DNA from: Candidatus Saccharimonadota bacterium
Lineage (GTDB): Bacteria; Patescibacteriota; Saccharimonadia; Saccharimonadales; Saccharimonadaceae
DNA: 64,000 bases
Direction of reading: 5' to 3'
Assembly (NCBI GenBank): GCA_035399865.1
Contig: DAOPJW010000003.1
Span: 72,566 to 136,565 of the forward strand
This document shows positions 1 to 11,540 of this stretch, piece after piece. The translations under genes were made by a program, and so were the position numbers. Within the stretch, counting starts at the first letter, position 1. The number at the start of each line of letters is the position of its first letter. A model generated the notes under the pieces. It had not been told where the DNA came from. It was given only the letters and a program-made list of their open reading frames with translations, and did no database searches.

Positions 1-807
1 GGTATTCTAAATTCTGTTGGCATAGGTGATCTATCTGTCGATATCATGCGATTAATTGATAAGATTGAAAAAATAGGTGAGGATGCAGTCCGAGAAAGTT
101 TATCAAAATTTGATGTGTCCGAAGAAATATTGAATAAAATATTTAATTTTTTGTCGATAAAAGGTAATTGTGATGAAGTATTAAATAGTCTATATGAATT
201 GAATGTTGATGATAATACTTTCAGAGATGGTCTAAGTGAATTACAAGAAGTAATTAAAGGTATGAGAATGCTTGGAGTACCTGACAATTCATTTGCTATA
301 GATTTATCTATTGCAAGAGGCTTAGACTACTATACTGGTACTGTTTACGAAACGGTACTTTCTGATTTTCCAGAGATAGGTTCAGTGTGCTCTGGTGGAC
401 GTTATGATAACTTAGCTGAGAAGTACATCGATCGAAAATTACCAGGCGTTGGCATTTCAATCGGACTTACTAGATTATTCTCTCAGTTAAAGATGGCTGG
501 ATTGATTAAAGATGAACAAGGTACACTTACGAAGACTTTAATCATACCTCTTACTGATGACTATACGAAAACTATCGAGGTTGCCTCTTATTTAAGAAAT
601 CTGAATATTGCATCGGAAATATATTTCGAAGGTGGCAAAATGAAAAAGAAAATGACCTATGCTGATAGGGCAGGATTCCCTTATGTGATACTTATTGGCG
701 AAGAAGAAATATTATCAAACCAATACACTCTAAGAAACATGAAAACGGGTGAACAAATTAAATTAAACATTGGACAAATTCCTTCATATTTTTCTGAAAA
801 AGATTAG
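1..807 (+). CDS. hisS: histidyl-tRNA synthetase, C-terminal part (5' end lies upstream of the window)
   Basis: The frame is open from nt 1. It carries class-II HisRS motifs (ARGLDYYTG, CSGGRYDNL) followed by an anticodon-binding-type C-terminal domain. Confidence 0.85.
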   Translation, partial: GILNSVGIGDLSVDIMRLIDKIEKIGEDAVRESLSKFDVSEEILNKIFNFLSIKGNCDEVLNSLYELNVDDNTFRDGLSELQEVIKGMRMLGVPDNSFAIDLSIARGLDYYTGTVYETVLSDFPEIGSVCSGGRYDNLAEKYIDRKLPGVGISIGLTRLFSQLKMAGLIKDEQGTLTKTLIIPLTDDYTKTIEVASYLRNLNIASEIYFEGGKMKKKMTYADRAGFPYVILIGEEEILSNQYTLRNMKTGEQIKLNIGQIPSYFSEKD

Positions 808-843
808 CATTATTTTTATTGCCTGAAGTATAATAAAGTGATT

Positions 844-1992
844 ATGCAGAACGATGTCAATCAAAGATCTTTAGAGTTGCACAAAAGAAATCATGGAAAA
901 ATTGAAACTGTTAGTAAAGTAAAAATTAGTTCCAAAGAAGTTTTGTCAATCACATACACTCCAGGGGTTGCAGAAGTCTCTCGTGAAATTGCACGAGATC
1001 CTAATTTAGCTAGAGAATATACGATAAAAAATAATACCATTGCAGTCGTTTCCGACGGTTCGGCAATTTTAGGACTTGGAAATTTAGGAGCATTAGCTGC
1101 TATCCCAGTTATGGAGGGAAAGGCAGCGATATTTAAAGAATTCGCTGGTGTGAATGCTTTTCCGATTTGTTTAGATACACAAGACACTGAAGAAATAATA
1201 AAAGCCGTAAAACAAATCGCTCCTGTTTTTGGTGGTATTAATCTAGAAGACATTTCAGCACCACGTTGTTTTGAAATAGAATCTCGATTGAGAAATGAGT
1301 TATCAATACCTGTAATGCATGACGATCAATGGGGGGCTGCAACAGTAATTCTCGCAGGCTTAATAAACTCATTGAAAATAGTTGGCAAAAACAAAGAAAA
1401 CGTAAAAATTGTAATAAACGGTGTCGGTGCTGCGGGAGTTGCCACAGCCAGATTGTTATTTTCTTTCGGATTTAAAAATATTATATTTTGCGATAGTCAA
1501 GGGATAATCCATAATGGGCGTAATGATTTAACAAAAGAAAAGAAAGAATTAATTAGTGTTAGTTCTATAAATACTAATGCCGGTTTTTTATCTGACGCTA
1601 TTAAAAATTCCGATGTATTTATCGGCCTTTCGAAACCCGGTTTATTAACTGCTGAAATGATTTCAACTATGGCCGAAAAACCAATAGTTTTTGCATTAGC
1701 AAATCCTACGCCAGAAATTATGCCAGATTTAGCCATTGCATCTGGAGCGTATATCGTTGCAACTGGTCGTAGTGATTTTCCAAACCAGATAAATAATTCT
1801 CTTGTATTTCCGGGAGCTTTTAGAGGGGTACTTGAAGCTAATATTAAACAATTTAAAGCTGAAATGTTTATTGCAATTGCTATTGCCCTAGCAAATTTCA
1901 TACCAGACCCATCACCAACGAAAATTTTACCGACAATGTTTGAACAGAGAGTCCATATGGTTGTAACTGATGCCATCAAAATATACAAATAG
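844..1992 (+). CDS. NAD(P)-dependent malic enzyme (short bacterial form)
   Basis: Malic-enzyme motifs are present: YTPGVAEV, VVSDGSAILGLGNLG, NLEDISAPRCF, HDDQ-G and a GVGAAG Rossmann loop. The ORF opens at GTG 838, but ATG 844 fits better with a TATAAT at 829-834. Confidence 0.85.
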   Translation: MQNDVNQRSLELHKRNHGKIETVSKVKISSKEVLSITYTPGVAEVSREIARDPNLAREYTIKNNTIAVVSDGSAILGLGNLGALAAIPVMEGKAAIFKEFAGVNAFPICLDTQDTEEIIKAVKQIAPVFGGINLEDISAPRCFEIESRLRNELSIPVMHDDQWGAATVILAGLINSLKIVGKNKENVKIVINGVGAAGVATARLLFSFGFKNIIFCDSQGIIHNGRNDLTKEKKELISVSSINTNAGFLSDAIKNSDVFIGLSKPGLLTAEMISTMAEKPIVFALANPTPEIMPDLAIASGAYIVATGRSDFPNQINNSLVFPGAFRGVLEANIKQFKAEMFIAIAIALANFIPDPSPTKILPTMFEQRVHMVVTDAIKIYK

Positions 1993-2080
1993 CGTAGAAT
2001 AAACAACATAAGACACTATATGTAGAGTTTTATTATTATAACCGTGCTACAATATTATTCCATGGAGGCTTTAGTGTTTC

Positions 2081-3670
2081 ATGGAAAAAAATAAAAATCA
2101 AAAATATATTTTTGTAACTGGGGGCGTACTTTCAGGGGTAGGAAAAGGTGTTACAGCATCGAGCATAGGTGTTGTATTAAAAGCTAAAGGTGCTAAAGTC
2201 TCAATTCAAAAGTGTGATCCGTATCTTAATGTAGATGCGGGTCTTTTGAATCCGGCTGAACATGGTGAATGTTTTGTAACTAAAGACGGAGCTGAAACTG
2301 ATTTGGATTTGGGCCATTATGAAAGATTTCTAGACATCGAATTAACGCAAAAAAATGCGGTTCTATCTGGTAAATTGTTTCAAGATTTGATAAATAATGA
2401 GCGAGCCGGAAAGTTTGGCGGAAAAACTGTTCAACTGGTTCCTCATCTAACAAAGTCTATTCAAGATACAATATTGTCCGCAAGTGAAGGAAGTGATATT
2501 CACATTACAGAAATCGGTGGTACGGTCGGTGATTACGAAGGATTAAGTTTTATTGAGGCAATTCGTGAATTTGCTCAAAAAGTCGGACGTAATAATTGTT
2601 TATTTGTTCACGTCGTCTATGTTCCATATATAGGTACTAGCAAAGAATTTAAAACTAAACCAGCTCAAAATGCTTTAAATGATTTAAGAGGTTTTGGAAT
2701 TGTACCAGATGCGGTCGTAGTTCGTACCGAGCATAAAGCACCAATTTCCGTCGCTAAAAAAATCAGTTTGTTCGGAGGTGTCGACGAAGACAATGTTCTA
2801 TTGATGCCAAATGCCAAAACTATTTATCAAGTTCCGTTAATTTTGGCAAAAAGTAGAATGAATAAATTATTATCAAATTTTTCAGGTTATAAAAATAAAC
2901 CTGATTTATCAACTTTGACAGAAGTCGTGAATCAGCAATTTGCCAAACCGAATCTTACAGTGAAAATCGGAATAGTAGCAAAATATATGGATAATGAAGA
3001 TACTTACATTTCTGTAGTCGAAGCTTTAAAAGCAGCAGCTTGGCATAATAAAGTAGGTTTGAAAATAAATTGGATTAATGCCGAAAAAGCTAATGAAAAA
3101 GATTTCAAGAAAGTCGATGCGATATTAGTTCCTGGTGGTTTTGGTCCACGCGGAATTGAAGGAAAAATTATTGCATCTCGTTATGCATTAGAAAATAATG
3201 TTCCATATCTGGGTATTTGTCTTGGTTTACAGGTCGCAGTGATTGCATGTTGTAGAAAGGCTGGTCTGAAAAATGCGAATAGTACTGAATTTGATTCGAA
3301 TACAGATAACGACGTGGTGTATATTATGGAAAACCAAAAAGGCAAAGAATCTACGGGCGGTACCCTAAGGTTAGGTGATTACCCTGCCAAATTAAAAAAC
3401 GGTTCTATGGTGGCAAAATTGTACGGCTCAAATTCTATTATTGAGCGTCATCGTCACAGATATGAAGTAAATAATAATTATCTAGATTATATAGAAAAGG
3501 GAGGATTAATTATTACTGGTACTTCTCCTGATGGAAAACTAGTTGAATTTGTCGAGGCAAAAAATTGTGATTATTTTGTCGCTACTCAGGCTCATCCCGA
3601 ATTTCGTTCTCGACCGACTAACCCTCATCCACTTTTTATTGGTCTAATTAATGCCTGTTTAGATAAATAA
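2081..3670 (+). CDS. pyrG: CTP synthase
   Basis: Full-length match in pattern: N-terminal synthetase domain (FVTGGVLSGVGKG) and C-terminal glutamine amidotransferase (YLGICLGLQ, HRHRYEVN, QAHPEF). Confidence 0.95.
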   Translation: MEKNKNQKYIFVTGGVLSGVGKGVTASSIGVVLKAKGAKVSIQKCDPYLNVDAGLLNPAEHGECFVTKDGAETDLDLGHYERFLDIELTQKNAVLSGKLFQDLINNERAGKFGGKTVQLVPHLTKSIQDTILSASEGSDIHITEIGGTVGDYEGLSFIEAIREFAQKVGRNNCLFVHVVYVPYIGTSKEFKTKPAQNALNDLRGFGIVPDAVVVRTEHKAPISVAKKISLFGGVDEDNVLLMPNAKTIYQVPLILAKSRMNKLLSNFSGYKNKPDLSTLTEVVNQQFAKPNLTVKIGIVAKYMDNEDTYISVVEALKAAAWHNKVGLKINWINAEKANEKDFKKVDAILVPGGFGPRGIEGKIIASRYALENNVPYLGICLGLQVAVIACCRKAGLKNANSTEFDSNTDNDVVYIMENQKGKESTGGTLRLGDYPAKLKNGSMVAKLYGSNSIIERHRHRYEVNNNYLDYIEKGGLIITGTSPDGKLVEFVEAKNCDYFVATQAHPEFRSRPTNPHPLFIGLINACLDK

Positions 3671-3694
3671 GTTTCTCAGTTATACTATAACCAA

Positions 3695-5389
3695 ATGAAA
3701 AAAGTTTTTTTTGTTATAAAAGATGTAATCAAGCAGTCTTTTAATGTTGATTTAGATTTTAAATTAAGTCGTCCAGACCCGCAGTTTGGAGATTTTTCAC
3801 TTAATGTTGCTATGCAATTGGCAAAAAAGATTGGAAAAAACCCAAGAGAAATTGCTGAGATTTTGTCAGAAAAATTACGCCAATGTGATTTATTTTCAGA
3901 GATATCAGTCGATGGGCCAGGATTTATAAATCTAAGGTTGAATGATTGCGTTTTGACTGATGAGTTGCATAAAATTTTGATAAATCCCGCTGATTATGGA
4001 AAATCAGAAATATATGCGAATAAAATAATTGTTACAGAATATTCTGACCCTAATCCTTTTAAAGTTTTACACGTTGGACATCTTTATACTAGTATTATTG
4101 GTGATGCGATATCTAATCTTGTGGAAAATGCTGGCGGTAATGTCCATAGAGTGAATTTTGGTGGCGATGTTGGTTTACACGTTGGTAAAACAATGTGGGC
4201 GATTACGAAAAAACTTGGCGGTGAATATCCAGAAAAACTGAATGACATCACCGAGAATAATCGTTCAGAGTGGATAGGGTCTTGTTATGTAGAAGGAAGT
4301 CGTGCCTATGAAAATGATGAAAATATAAAAAACGAAATAATATTGATTAATAAGGCAGTTTATCGAATTCATAGTGAAAATGACCACGATTCGCAGTTAG
4401 CAAAAATATACTGGACATGTAGACAGTGGAGTTATGATTATTTTGAAGAATTTTATTCAAGAATTGGCACAAAATTTGAAAAATATTATCCTGAAAGTGA
4501 AACTGCTCAAATCGGTTTAAATACAGTCTTAGAGCAGAAAGAAAAAGGTGTATATAAAGAAAGTAATGGAGCAATTATTTTTGAAGGCGAACCTTTTGGA
4601 TTGCACTCCCGAGTGTTTATAAACAATGAGGGGCTACCTACATATGAGGCTAAAGACGTAGGTTTAAGTATAAAAAAATGGGACGATTATCATTTTGATG
4701 AATCAATAATTATTACTGGTAATGACATCGTGGAATATATGAAAGTAGTCCAGAAAAGTATCGAACAATTCAGGCCGGATTTATCAGAAAAAACTAAACA
4801 TATAACTCATGGCAATGTAAAATTATCTGGCGGTATCAAAATGAGCAGTCGTAAAGGTAACTTTTTAAGAGCTTTAGATGTAATTAATATGACTGCAGAA
4901 GAAAATGAAAAAGCTCAAGGCAACCGTGACAATGAACCGATAATGGGTGCAATAAAATATGCATTCTTAAAAAATCGTATCGGAGCCGATATAGTTTTTG
5001 AGCCAAAAGATTCAGTAAATCTTCATGGAAACAGTGGTCCATACTTGCAATATGCTTTGGTTCGAGCAAAATCTATTAATCGTAAATTATCTATTGATGA
5101 TAATGAATTGGTTCAACCAGACAATGGCTACTCTAAATATGAACGTGACTTAATCTATAAAATGTCCGAGTATCCTGAGATTATTGAAAAAGCAACTATT
5201 GAATTCTTGCCACACCAACTATGTTCATATCTGTATGAATTAGCACAAGAATTTAACCGTTTTTATGAGAATAGCAGAGTAATTGGTGACGAACGCGAGA
5301 GCATCAGATTAAAGTTAGTTTTGGCTTATTCATTAATACTCGAAAATGGTATAAAAATATTAGGAATTCCAACACCAGAAAAAATGTAA
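3695..5389 (+). CDS. argS: arginyl-tRNA synthetase
   Basis: Class-I HIGH-type motif (VLHVGHLYTSIIGD), KMSSRKG (KMSKS-like) and a C-terminal DALR-type anticodon-binding region ending in PEKM. Confidence 0.93.
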   Translation: MKKVFFVIKDVIKQSFNVDLDFKLSRPDPQFGDFSLNVAMQLAKKIGKNPREIAEILSEKLRQCDLFSEISVDGPGFINLRLNDCVLTDELHKILINPADYGKSEIYANKIIVTEYSDPNPFKVLHVGHLYTSIIGDAISNLVENAGGNVHRVNFGGDVGLHVGKTMWAITKKLGGEYPEKLNDITENNRSEWIGSCYVEGSRAYENDENIKNEIILINKAVYRIHSENDHDSQLAKIYWTCRQWSYDYFEEFYSRIGTKFEKYYPESETAQIGLNTVLEQKEKGVYKESNGAIIFEGEPFGLHSRVFINNEGLPTYEAKDVGLSIKKWDDYHFDESIIITGNDIVEYMKVVQKSIEQFRPDLSEKTKHITHGNVKLSGGIKMSSRKGNFLRALDVINMTAEENEKAQGNRDNEPIMGAIKYAFLKNRIGADIVFEPKDSVNLHGNSGPYLQYALVRAKSINRKLSIDDNELVQPDNGYSKYERDLIYKMSEYPEIIEKATIEFLPHQLCSYLYELAQEFNRFYENSRVIGDERESIRLKLVLAYSLILENGIKILGIPTPEKM

Positions 5390-5486
5390 CTTTTCTAATA
5401 CAAGACTCATCTTGTTCTGTATCTTTCGTTATGATTGTATCAAAATACTTACTTTGCTATACAATATAAATATTATAGGAGGAAAT

Positions 5487-5891
5487 ATGTCCGTATCGAA
5501 CAAGTCATCAAAAAATTCTAAAACGAAATTAGAAATCAGTCCAAATACAATTGTAAAAGCAGGAGAATCACAATTAAAAGGTTTTATCGATTTTATTCGC
5601 ACTCAAGGCGTGATTGGTTTAGCGGTAGGTTTAGTACTTGGTGGTGCTGTAAGTGTTATGGTTAAGTCATTGGTTGATAATGTTGTTATGCCTCCTCTAG
5701 GTTTATTACTAGGATCGGCTGAAGGCCTGAAAGGGTTATCTTGGACTATTGGTCAAACAAGTGATGGTTCGCCGACGATACTTCATTACGGAATATTTTT
5801 AAATGATCTGTTTAATTTCTTAGTTATTGCTTTGGTAATTTATTTCATCGTCCGTTTATTAAAAGTTGAAAAATTAGATAAAAAGAAATAA
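5487..5891 (+). CDS. mscL: large-conductance mechanosensitive channel
   Basis: MscL signature (FIDFIRTQGVIGLAVGLVLGGA...MPPLG) and two TM helices. ATG 5487 has an AGGAGG 5 nt upstream, so the caller's 5412 start is an over-extension. Confidence 0.85.
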   Translation: MSVSNKSSKNSKTKLEISPNTIVKAGESQLKGFIDFIRTQGVIGLAVGLVLGGAVSVMVKSLVDNVVMPPLGLLLGSAEGLKGLSWTIGQTSDGSPTILHYGIFLNDLFNFLVIALVIYFIVRLLKVEKLDKKK

Positions 5892-5894
5892 TTT

Positions 5895-6452
5895 ATGAAA
5901 AAAAAGGATATCAATCTTCCTATTGAACACATTCTTTGGCTAGATTTAGAAATGACGGGGTTATCGCCAATAGATGACTGTATCTTAGAGGTAGCAATGT
6001 TAGCAACGGATTGGGAATTTAATGAATTAGCTTCATATCACGGTATAGTCAAGAATGACGAAGAAAAACTAAATGAAAGATTCAAGACTAATAGTCAGTT
6101 TTGGGATGCCAATATGCAATCAAAACAGGGTCTTGTTGAGCAAAATAAAACCGGTAATTCCTTAGCAAATATTGAAGATGAAATATTGAAATTCATTGAT
6201 GAAAATTTCAAAGCCGAAGTACCAGTTTTACTGGCGGGCAACTCAATTCATATCGATCGCCAATTCATCATAAAAAATTGGCCAAGGTTCAATAGACGCC
6301 TTCATTATAGAATGCTGGACGTTAGTGCTTGGAAAGTTGTATTTGAGAATAAGTACCGTGATAAATTTCTAAAACCTGATGCACATCGAGCTCTAGATGA
6401 TATTCGTGGTAGTATAACTGAGCTTAGTTACTATCTTAAAAAACTTAAATAA
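5895..6452 (+). CDS. orn: oligoribonuclease (DEDDh 3'-5' exoribonuclease)
   Basis: Collinear with Orn: WLDLEMTGL, GNSIHIDRQF, HYRMLDVS, HRALDDIRGSI.EL.YY. Confidence 0.88.
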   Translation: MKKKDINLPIEHILWLDLEMTGLSPIDDCILEVAMLATDWEFNELASYHGIVKNDEEKLNERFKTNSQFWDANMQSKQGLVEQNKTGNSLANIEDEILKFIDENFKAEVPVLLAGNSIHIDRQFIIKNWPRFNRRLHYRMLDVSAWKVVFENKYRDKFLKPDAHRALDDIRGSITELSYYLKKLK

Positions 6453-6469
6453 TGATAAAATAAATATAT

Positions 6470-7705
6470 ATGCTTAATGTGGAGCAAGAAAAAGAGCGGA
6501 GTAAACTTTGGGTGATATTGATGTTGATTGTCATCTTACTAGTGGTTTGTTTTTTTGCTTGGTATGTAAATGGCAAATCTTTGAATTTTTTTAATCAAAA
6601 TTCAAAAGTTGCTGAAAATAATGTCATAGAAAAGCAGAATCCAAAAACAACGGCAATTTCCTCTAATGTTTTATTTACTGGTAACGTCTATTGGGGCAGA
6701 TATATAAATGATTGGTCAATGGCAAGTGATTTAAAATATGCTTATCCTTTCTCAAGATTAAATGAATTTAATCGTGATAGTTATGATGCTTGGATTTCTG
6801 GTTTGGAATGTCCGACAAAAACTGGAGTCAACATGACCTCTTCTGAAGAAGATTCAACCCTTACATTTAATTGTTCTCCGGAATATATACCAGAAGCTTC
6901 AAAATGGTTCACAGCTTTTACTCTTGCGAACAATCATACTGATAATCAAGGGCCAGAAGGCCTTGCTGAAACTAAACAACATCTTGAAAAGAACGACATC
7001 CAATATTTCGGTAATCCTGATCCGAACGTAATTGATGATATTTGCGAAGTGATTTCTTTACCGGTTACTGTAAAAAAAGATGATGGCAGTAGTCAAGCCG
7101 GTAAATTACCTGTTGCGATGTGCGGATATCATGCAGTATTTCAACTGCCAACTCAAGAATCAGTCGATATAATTTCTGAATATAGCGATATCATGCCAGT
7201 GATTGCTTTTCCTCATATGGGTAAAGAATACCAATCGACTCCAGATGATTTAAAGATTAATTTTTATCGTAGTTTAATTGACGGTGGTGCCGAAATGGTG
7301 ATTGGCGATCATCCCCACTGGATACAAACCAGCGAAAGCTATAATGGTCATTTGATCGTATATTCAATGGGAAATTTTATTTTTGATCAACAAGACACAT
7401 CAGAAGTTGTTAGATCGGCGGCAGTAAGAGTGGTGATAGACAGTTCTCTGAATGAATCTGATTTGCTTGATAAATGGCTTGAATTAGGAAAAACTTGTAA
7501 CATTTTCCATGATGACTGCCTTGAGAAAGCCAAAGACCAAAAACTATCAAAGCTTGATCTGACTTACAAAATCGGTATTATTGGTTCGAATGATGCTGAT
7601 AAAATCGTAAAACCAGCAAATGAAGAACAACAAGCAAACATACTTCAACGCCTTAACTGGCAAAATACAATAAATAATTTGCAAACACCATATAGTAGTT
7701 TATAA
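6470..7705 (+). CDS. CapA-family (PGA_cap) metallophosphatase-like protein, membrane anchored
   Basis: N-terminal TM helix plus CapA-like motifs (ANNHTDNQG, PHMGKEY, GDHPHWIQ, YSMGNFIFDQ). Confidence 0.7.
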   Translation: MLNVEQEKERSKLWVILMLIVILLVVCFFAWYVNGKSLNFFNQNSKVAENNVIEKQNPKTTAISSNVLFTGNVYWGRYINDWSMASDLKYAYPFSRLNEFNRDSYDAWISGLECPTKTGVNMTSSEEDSTLTFNCSPEYIPEASKWFTAFTLANNHTDNQGPEGLAETKQHLEKNDIQYFGNPDPNVIDDICEVISLPVTVKKDDGSSQAGKLPVAMCGYHAVFQLPTQESVDIISEYSDIMPVIAFPHMGKEYQSTPDDLKINFYRSLIDGGAEMVIGDHPHWIQTSESYNGHLIVYSMGNFIFDQQDTSEVVRSAAVRVVIDSSLNESDLLDKWLELGKTCNIFHDDCLEKAKDQKLSKLDLTYKIGIIGSNDADKIVKPANEEQQANILQRLNWQNTINNLQTPYSSL

Positions 7706-7714
7706 AATAATAAT

Positions 7715-8059
7715 ATGAATCAAAAAGAAATTGAAGAATATTTACAAGGTTTTGACGGCGTTTGGTCTGAACTTCCTTTTGGAGAAGGGACGACAGTATA
7801 TAAGGTTGGCCATGATGAGAAAAATAATGGGAAAATGTTTGCTTTAATTATAAATGACAGTAAGCCAGTGATTCTTAGTTTACGTTGTGATCCAATGCTT
7901 GCAATAAAACTTCGTGAAACTTATGAAACTGTCATGCCAGCTAAAAATTTAAATAATAAAATTTGGAATACGATTTTATGTACAGGTCAGGTAGGTGACG
8001 ATGATTTGAAAGGACTGATAATACATAGTTATAATCTAGCCAAGGAATTTCAAAAATAA
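7715..8059 (+). CDS. MmcQ/YjbR-family small protein
   Basis: Size (114 aa) and sequence pattern resemble YjbR-like proteins. This is a recollection-level match only. Confidence 0.45.
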   Translation: MNQKEIEEYLQGFDGVWSELPFGEGTTVYKVGHDEKNNGKMFALIINDSKPVILSLRCDPMLAIKLRETYETVMPAKNLNNKIWNTILCTGQVGDDDLKGLIIHSYNLAKEFQK

Positions 8060-8072
8060 TTAGACGATATAT

Positions 8073-8684
8073 TTAATTTAAAGTTGAATTAAAATCAGAC
8101 AGCTGTTGCTCTATAGATTCTAAATTTTTCAAAGCACCATCAATGAATGTTTTCATAGATTCACTATTTGTATTATTTCTTATCTCTTTCATGAGATTAA
8201 TTATTGTATTTACTTGATATTTCATTTCGATAGAATAAGTCGTGTCATATTTGATATTTAGTCTAGCTTCTTCTAATTTTTCAAGTAATTTGACGTTCGA
8301 TTCACTAGCGACGATTTTCTTATCAAGATTATCAATATTTATTCCTTGTTCAGAAATAGGATTGGTAATATCATTAATCATATTTAGTAAATTTGTTTTC
8401 AAATTACTATTTATGGCACGAAGTTTATTACTTTTTATTTTATTATTAGCATCTTCAGTCAGTTCTTCAGTTGCTTTTAGTCGGGCTGCAAGATGCTGTG
8501 AGGACTCTGTCTTGCTTGGTAACGAAGCTAATAAGGATACTACCATCACGATTGTGAATAATGAAAATAAAATCACTATAAAAACTGGCTTTTTTATAAA
8601 TAAAACAGGAGTTTTAATTTCTTGAGGAGCTATTTGGTCTAAATAGTCTGGTGGTGGAAAATTTTGATTATTTTCAGGTTGCAT
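8073..8684 (-). CDS. hypothetical membrane-anchored coiled-coil protein
   Basis: A 203-aa ORF with one TM helix (FIVILFSLFTIVMVVSLLASL) followed by a heptad-rich hydrophilic region. No recognisable family. Confidence 0.5.
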   Translation of the reverse strand: MQPENNQNFPPPDYLDQIAPQEIKTPVLFIKKPVFIVILFSLFTIVMVVSLLASLPSKTESSQHLAARLKATEELTEDANNKIKSNKLRAINSNLKTNLLNMINDITNPISEQGINIDNLDKKIVASESNVKLLEKLEEARLNIKYDTTYSIEMKYQVNTIINLMKEIRNNTNSESMKTFIDGALKNLESIEQQLSDFNSTLN

Positions 8685-8788
8685 ATCACTAGTTATTTAA
8701 GCATAAATCTTATTAAATCTCAAAACCGATATAGTTTAATCCGCAAATGTTTTGATATCTATCTTGACGTGGTTATAATTAACTTGAC

Positions 8789-10546
8789 ATGCAAGACGCA
8801 AAAGAGGAGGTCCGGTCGCGATTAAATATTGAGGACGTGATTGGTGAATACGTTCAACTTAAGCGTGCCGGTCGAAATTTTAAAGGGCTTAGCCCCTTTT
8901 CTAATGAGAAAACCCCTAGTTTTTTTGTTAGTCCTGATAAGCAAATTTGGCATGATTTTTCATCTAATAAAGGTGGTGACATATTTTCTTTTGTTATGGA
9001 AGTCGAAGGATTTGATTTTAGGGCAAGCCTAGAACATTTAGCCAGAAAAGCAGGGGTTGATTTATCGATATATGATAGTCAAGGTGGCCAAGAAATCGCT
9101 GAATTCAAGAAAAAACTGTATAAAATTCACGATTTTGCTAAAAAATATTACCAACAAAGTCTAATAAAAAATCAACATGCAATGAATTATGTATTCAAAA
9201 AACGTGGTTTAAGTAAACAAGTTGTTCAGGATTTTGGTATTGGCTATGCACCTGATAGCGGTGATGCATTAGTAAAATTTTTGATTAAAAAAGGATTTTC
9301 TAATAAGCAACTTTCAAGGGCTGGCCTAACTAATCGTTTTGGCGGTGATCTTTTTCGGGGACGCATGATATTGCCATTAACTGATCCTTCTGGTCAGGTA
9401 ATTGGTTTTACTGGTCGTATCATTACCGATGAGCCAAATGCACCTAAATATCTTAATACGCCACAAACTATTTTGTATGACAAGGGTCGCCATGTCTTTG
9501 GGTTGTCGTTAGCCAAAGAGTCAATAAGAAAAAATAATTACTCAGTTATTGTTGAGGGCAATTTAGATGTAGTAAGTAGCCACCAATCAGGTGTGACAAA
9601 TGTCGTTGCAACCGCTGGTACAGCTATGACTGAAAATCATCTAAAAGCTCTGTCTAGATTGAGCAATGATATTCGTTTAGCATTTGATAGTGATAAAGCT
9701 GGCTTAACCGCGACTGAAAGAGCAATAGCCATTAGCCAGAATGTGGGGGTGGATTTGACGATAATCACATTGCCAAAAGGTGTTAAAGATCCAGATGAAC
9801 TAATTAAAAAAGATTCAAAATTATGGCAACAATCAATCGCTAAGGCTGAACCAGCAATAGATTGGGTTATTAAACAATACGCTTCTCGCGAAGACATGAA
9901 TACGGCGATTGGAAAAAGAAGATTCACGACAGTAGCTCTCAATATTATTAAAATGTTAAGAGATTCAGTAGAACAAGAACACTACCTTTCTATTGTCGCA
10001 AAAATTTGCGATTCTTCAATCGAAGCTCTAAAAGAAAAATTAATTAGTTCAGATAATCAGACAGTAGAAAATTATAAAAAAATTATTCATAACGATAATG
10101 CACAAATGCCACAAGAATACTTTCGGCACCAAGATGATTTACTGGCAGTTTTTTTGATCGACTTAAAATCTCAAGATTTAATAAATTCGGTCGATATTGA
10201 AATTTTTTCTGAGGGTGAGAGAAGAAATTTAGCAAATTATTTAAAAGAAAATTATGGCAAAATAATAGAAAATATTCCTAAAGAATTGCTAAATATTGAA
10301 AACTATGTAAAAATATTATTATTAAAAGCCGAGACTCGTTATGTTGGTTGGAGTGAGCAAAATCGCTATCTAGAAGCCACCGAGTTACTCCGCAAAGTAG
10401 TCAAAGAATACAAACAAAAACAAAAAGACATATTAACTGACCAGTTACGCGATGCAGAAACGATGGGTGATGAAAAAAAATCCTTAGAAATTAGCATTGC
10501 GATTAACGAATTAATAAAGGAGACTCGAAGTGGCCAAAAAAAATGA
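8789..10546 (+). CDS. dnaG: DNA primase
   Basis: N-terminal zinc-binding region, TOPRIM core ([17 protein letters not shown]) and a C-terminal helicase-interaction region. TTGATA-16-TATAAT lies 9 nt upstream of the ATG. Confidence 0.92.
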   Translation: MQDAKEEVRSRLNIEDVIGEYVQLKRAGRNFKGLSPFSNEKTPSFFVSPDKQIWHDFSSNKGGDIFSFVMEVEGFDFRASLEHLARKAGVDLSIYDSQGGQEIAEFKKKLYKIHDFAKKYYQQSLIKNQHAMNYVFKKRGLSKQVVQDFGIGYAPDSGDALVKFLIKKGFSNKQLSRAGLTNRFGGDLFRGRMILPLTDPSGQVIGFTGRIITDEPNAPKYLNTPQTILYDKGRHVFGLSLAKESIRKNNYSVIVEGNLDVVSSHQSGVTNVVATAGTAMTENHLKALSRLSNDIRLAFDSDKAGLTATERAIAISQNVGVDLTIITLPKGVKDPDELIKKDSKLWQQSIAKAEPAIDWVIKQYASREDMNTAIGKRRFTTVALNIIKMLRDSVEQEHYLSIVAKICDSSIEALKEKLISSDNQTVENYKKIIHNDNAQMPQEYFRHQDDLLAVFLIDLKSQDLINSVDIEIFSEGERRNLANYLKENYGKIIENIPKELLNIENYVKILLLKAETRYVGWSEQNRYLEATELLRKVVKEYKQKQKDILTDQLRDAETMGDEKKSLEISIAINELIKETRSGQKK

Positions 10547-11540
10547 CACTATAGAACCAGAAAATATTGATGAGAAAGAAAAAATTTTAACTGAGATTGA
10601 CGATACGATATTAACTGAAATTGAAGAACCAGACATTGAAGATTTAGAAGATGAAGTAGAAGAAGATATCGACGATTTAAATCAAGGTCAATACTATGAT
10701 GATGCTAGTGATGATAGTGTGCGTTTATACCTAAGAGAAATAGGAAAGATTCCTCTACTAAATTCTGAAGAGGAACTAGAATTAGCACAAAAAGTTGTAG
10801 CTGGCGATAAAAGAGCTAAAGATAAAATGGCAGAAGCTAATATGCGTCTTGTAGTCTCGATTGCAAAACGTTACAGTGGCCGTGGTCTTGATTTTTTGGA
10901 TCTTATTCAAGAAGGCAACACTGGTTTGTTGCGTGCAGTTGAAAAATTCGATCCTGATAAGGGTTTTAAATTCTCTACTTATGCAACTTGGTGGATTCGT
11001 CAAGCAATTACACGTGCAATCGCTGATCAGGCTCGGACTATTCGTATTCCAGTCCATATGGTTGAAACAATTAATAAACTTCTTCGTACTCAACGACGTA
11101 TGACCCAAGAACTTAATCGTGAACCCACTATCGAAGAATTGGCCAACGAACTTGAAATGGAACCAGCAAAAGTAGAATATGTTATAAAGATAAAACAAGA
11201 TATTACTTCGTTGGATGCAGGAGTCGGTCGTGATGGTGAAGATGAAGATTCAGTATTAGGGGATTTTATCGAAGATAATGAGAGTGATACTCCTGAAGAA
11301 TCTGCTACTTCACAGTTACTAAAAGAACAAGTTCAATCAGTACTATCAACACTGTCTGATCGTGAACAAAAAATAGTCAAAATGCGATTTGGGCTTGAAG
11401 GTGGTAAGAGTCATACTCTTGAGGAAGTTGGACGCGAATTCGCTGTTACTCGTGAACGAATTCGTCAAATTGAAGCAAAAGCTTTAACTAAACTTCGTAA
11501 ACACAAAGATGCCAAAAAATTGCATGAATATCTAAGCTAG
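10530..11540 (+). CDS. rpoD: primary RNA polymerase sigma factor (sigma-70 family)
   Basis: Acidic N-terminus, then region 2 ([34 protein letters not shown]), region 3 and region 4 ([17 protein letters not shown]). GTG start with AAGGAG upstream; overlaps dnaG by 17 nt. Confidence 0.93.
   Translation: MAKKNDTIEPENIDEKEKILTEIDDTILTEIEEPDIEDLEDEVEEDIDDLNQGQYYDDASDDSVRLYLREIGKIPLLNSEEELELAQKVVAGDKRAKDKMAEANMRLVVSIAKRYSGRGLDFLDLIQEGNTGLLRAVEKFDPDKGFKFSTYATWWIRQAITRAIADQARTIRIPVHMVETINKLLRTQRRMTQELNREPTIEELANELEMEPAKVEYVIKIKQDITSLDAGVGRDGEDEDSVLGDFIEDNESDTPEESATSQLLKEQVQSVLSTLSDREQKIVKMRFGLEGGKSHTLEEVGREFAVTRERIRQIEAKALTKLRKHKDAKKLHEYLS

Noticed and set aside
891-2009. Antisense ORFs 891-1253(-) and 1497-2009(-) inside the malic enzyme gene.
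   Set aside because: These are shadow ORFs opposite a well-supported gene. Their products are low-complexity with no motifs.
5412-5486. N-terminal extensions proposed by the ORF caller for mscL (5412), tlyA (37355), holA (18115), the PrsA-like gene (56637), the xer gene (55276) and pilM (42490).
   Set aside because: In each case an internal ATG has a better SD or promoter context, gives the canonical family N-terminus, and avoids overlap with the upstream gene.
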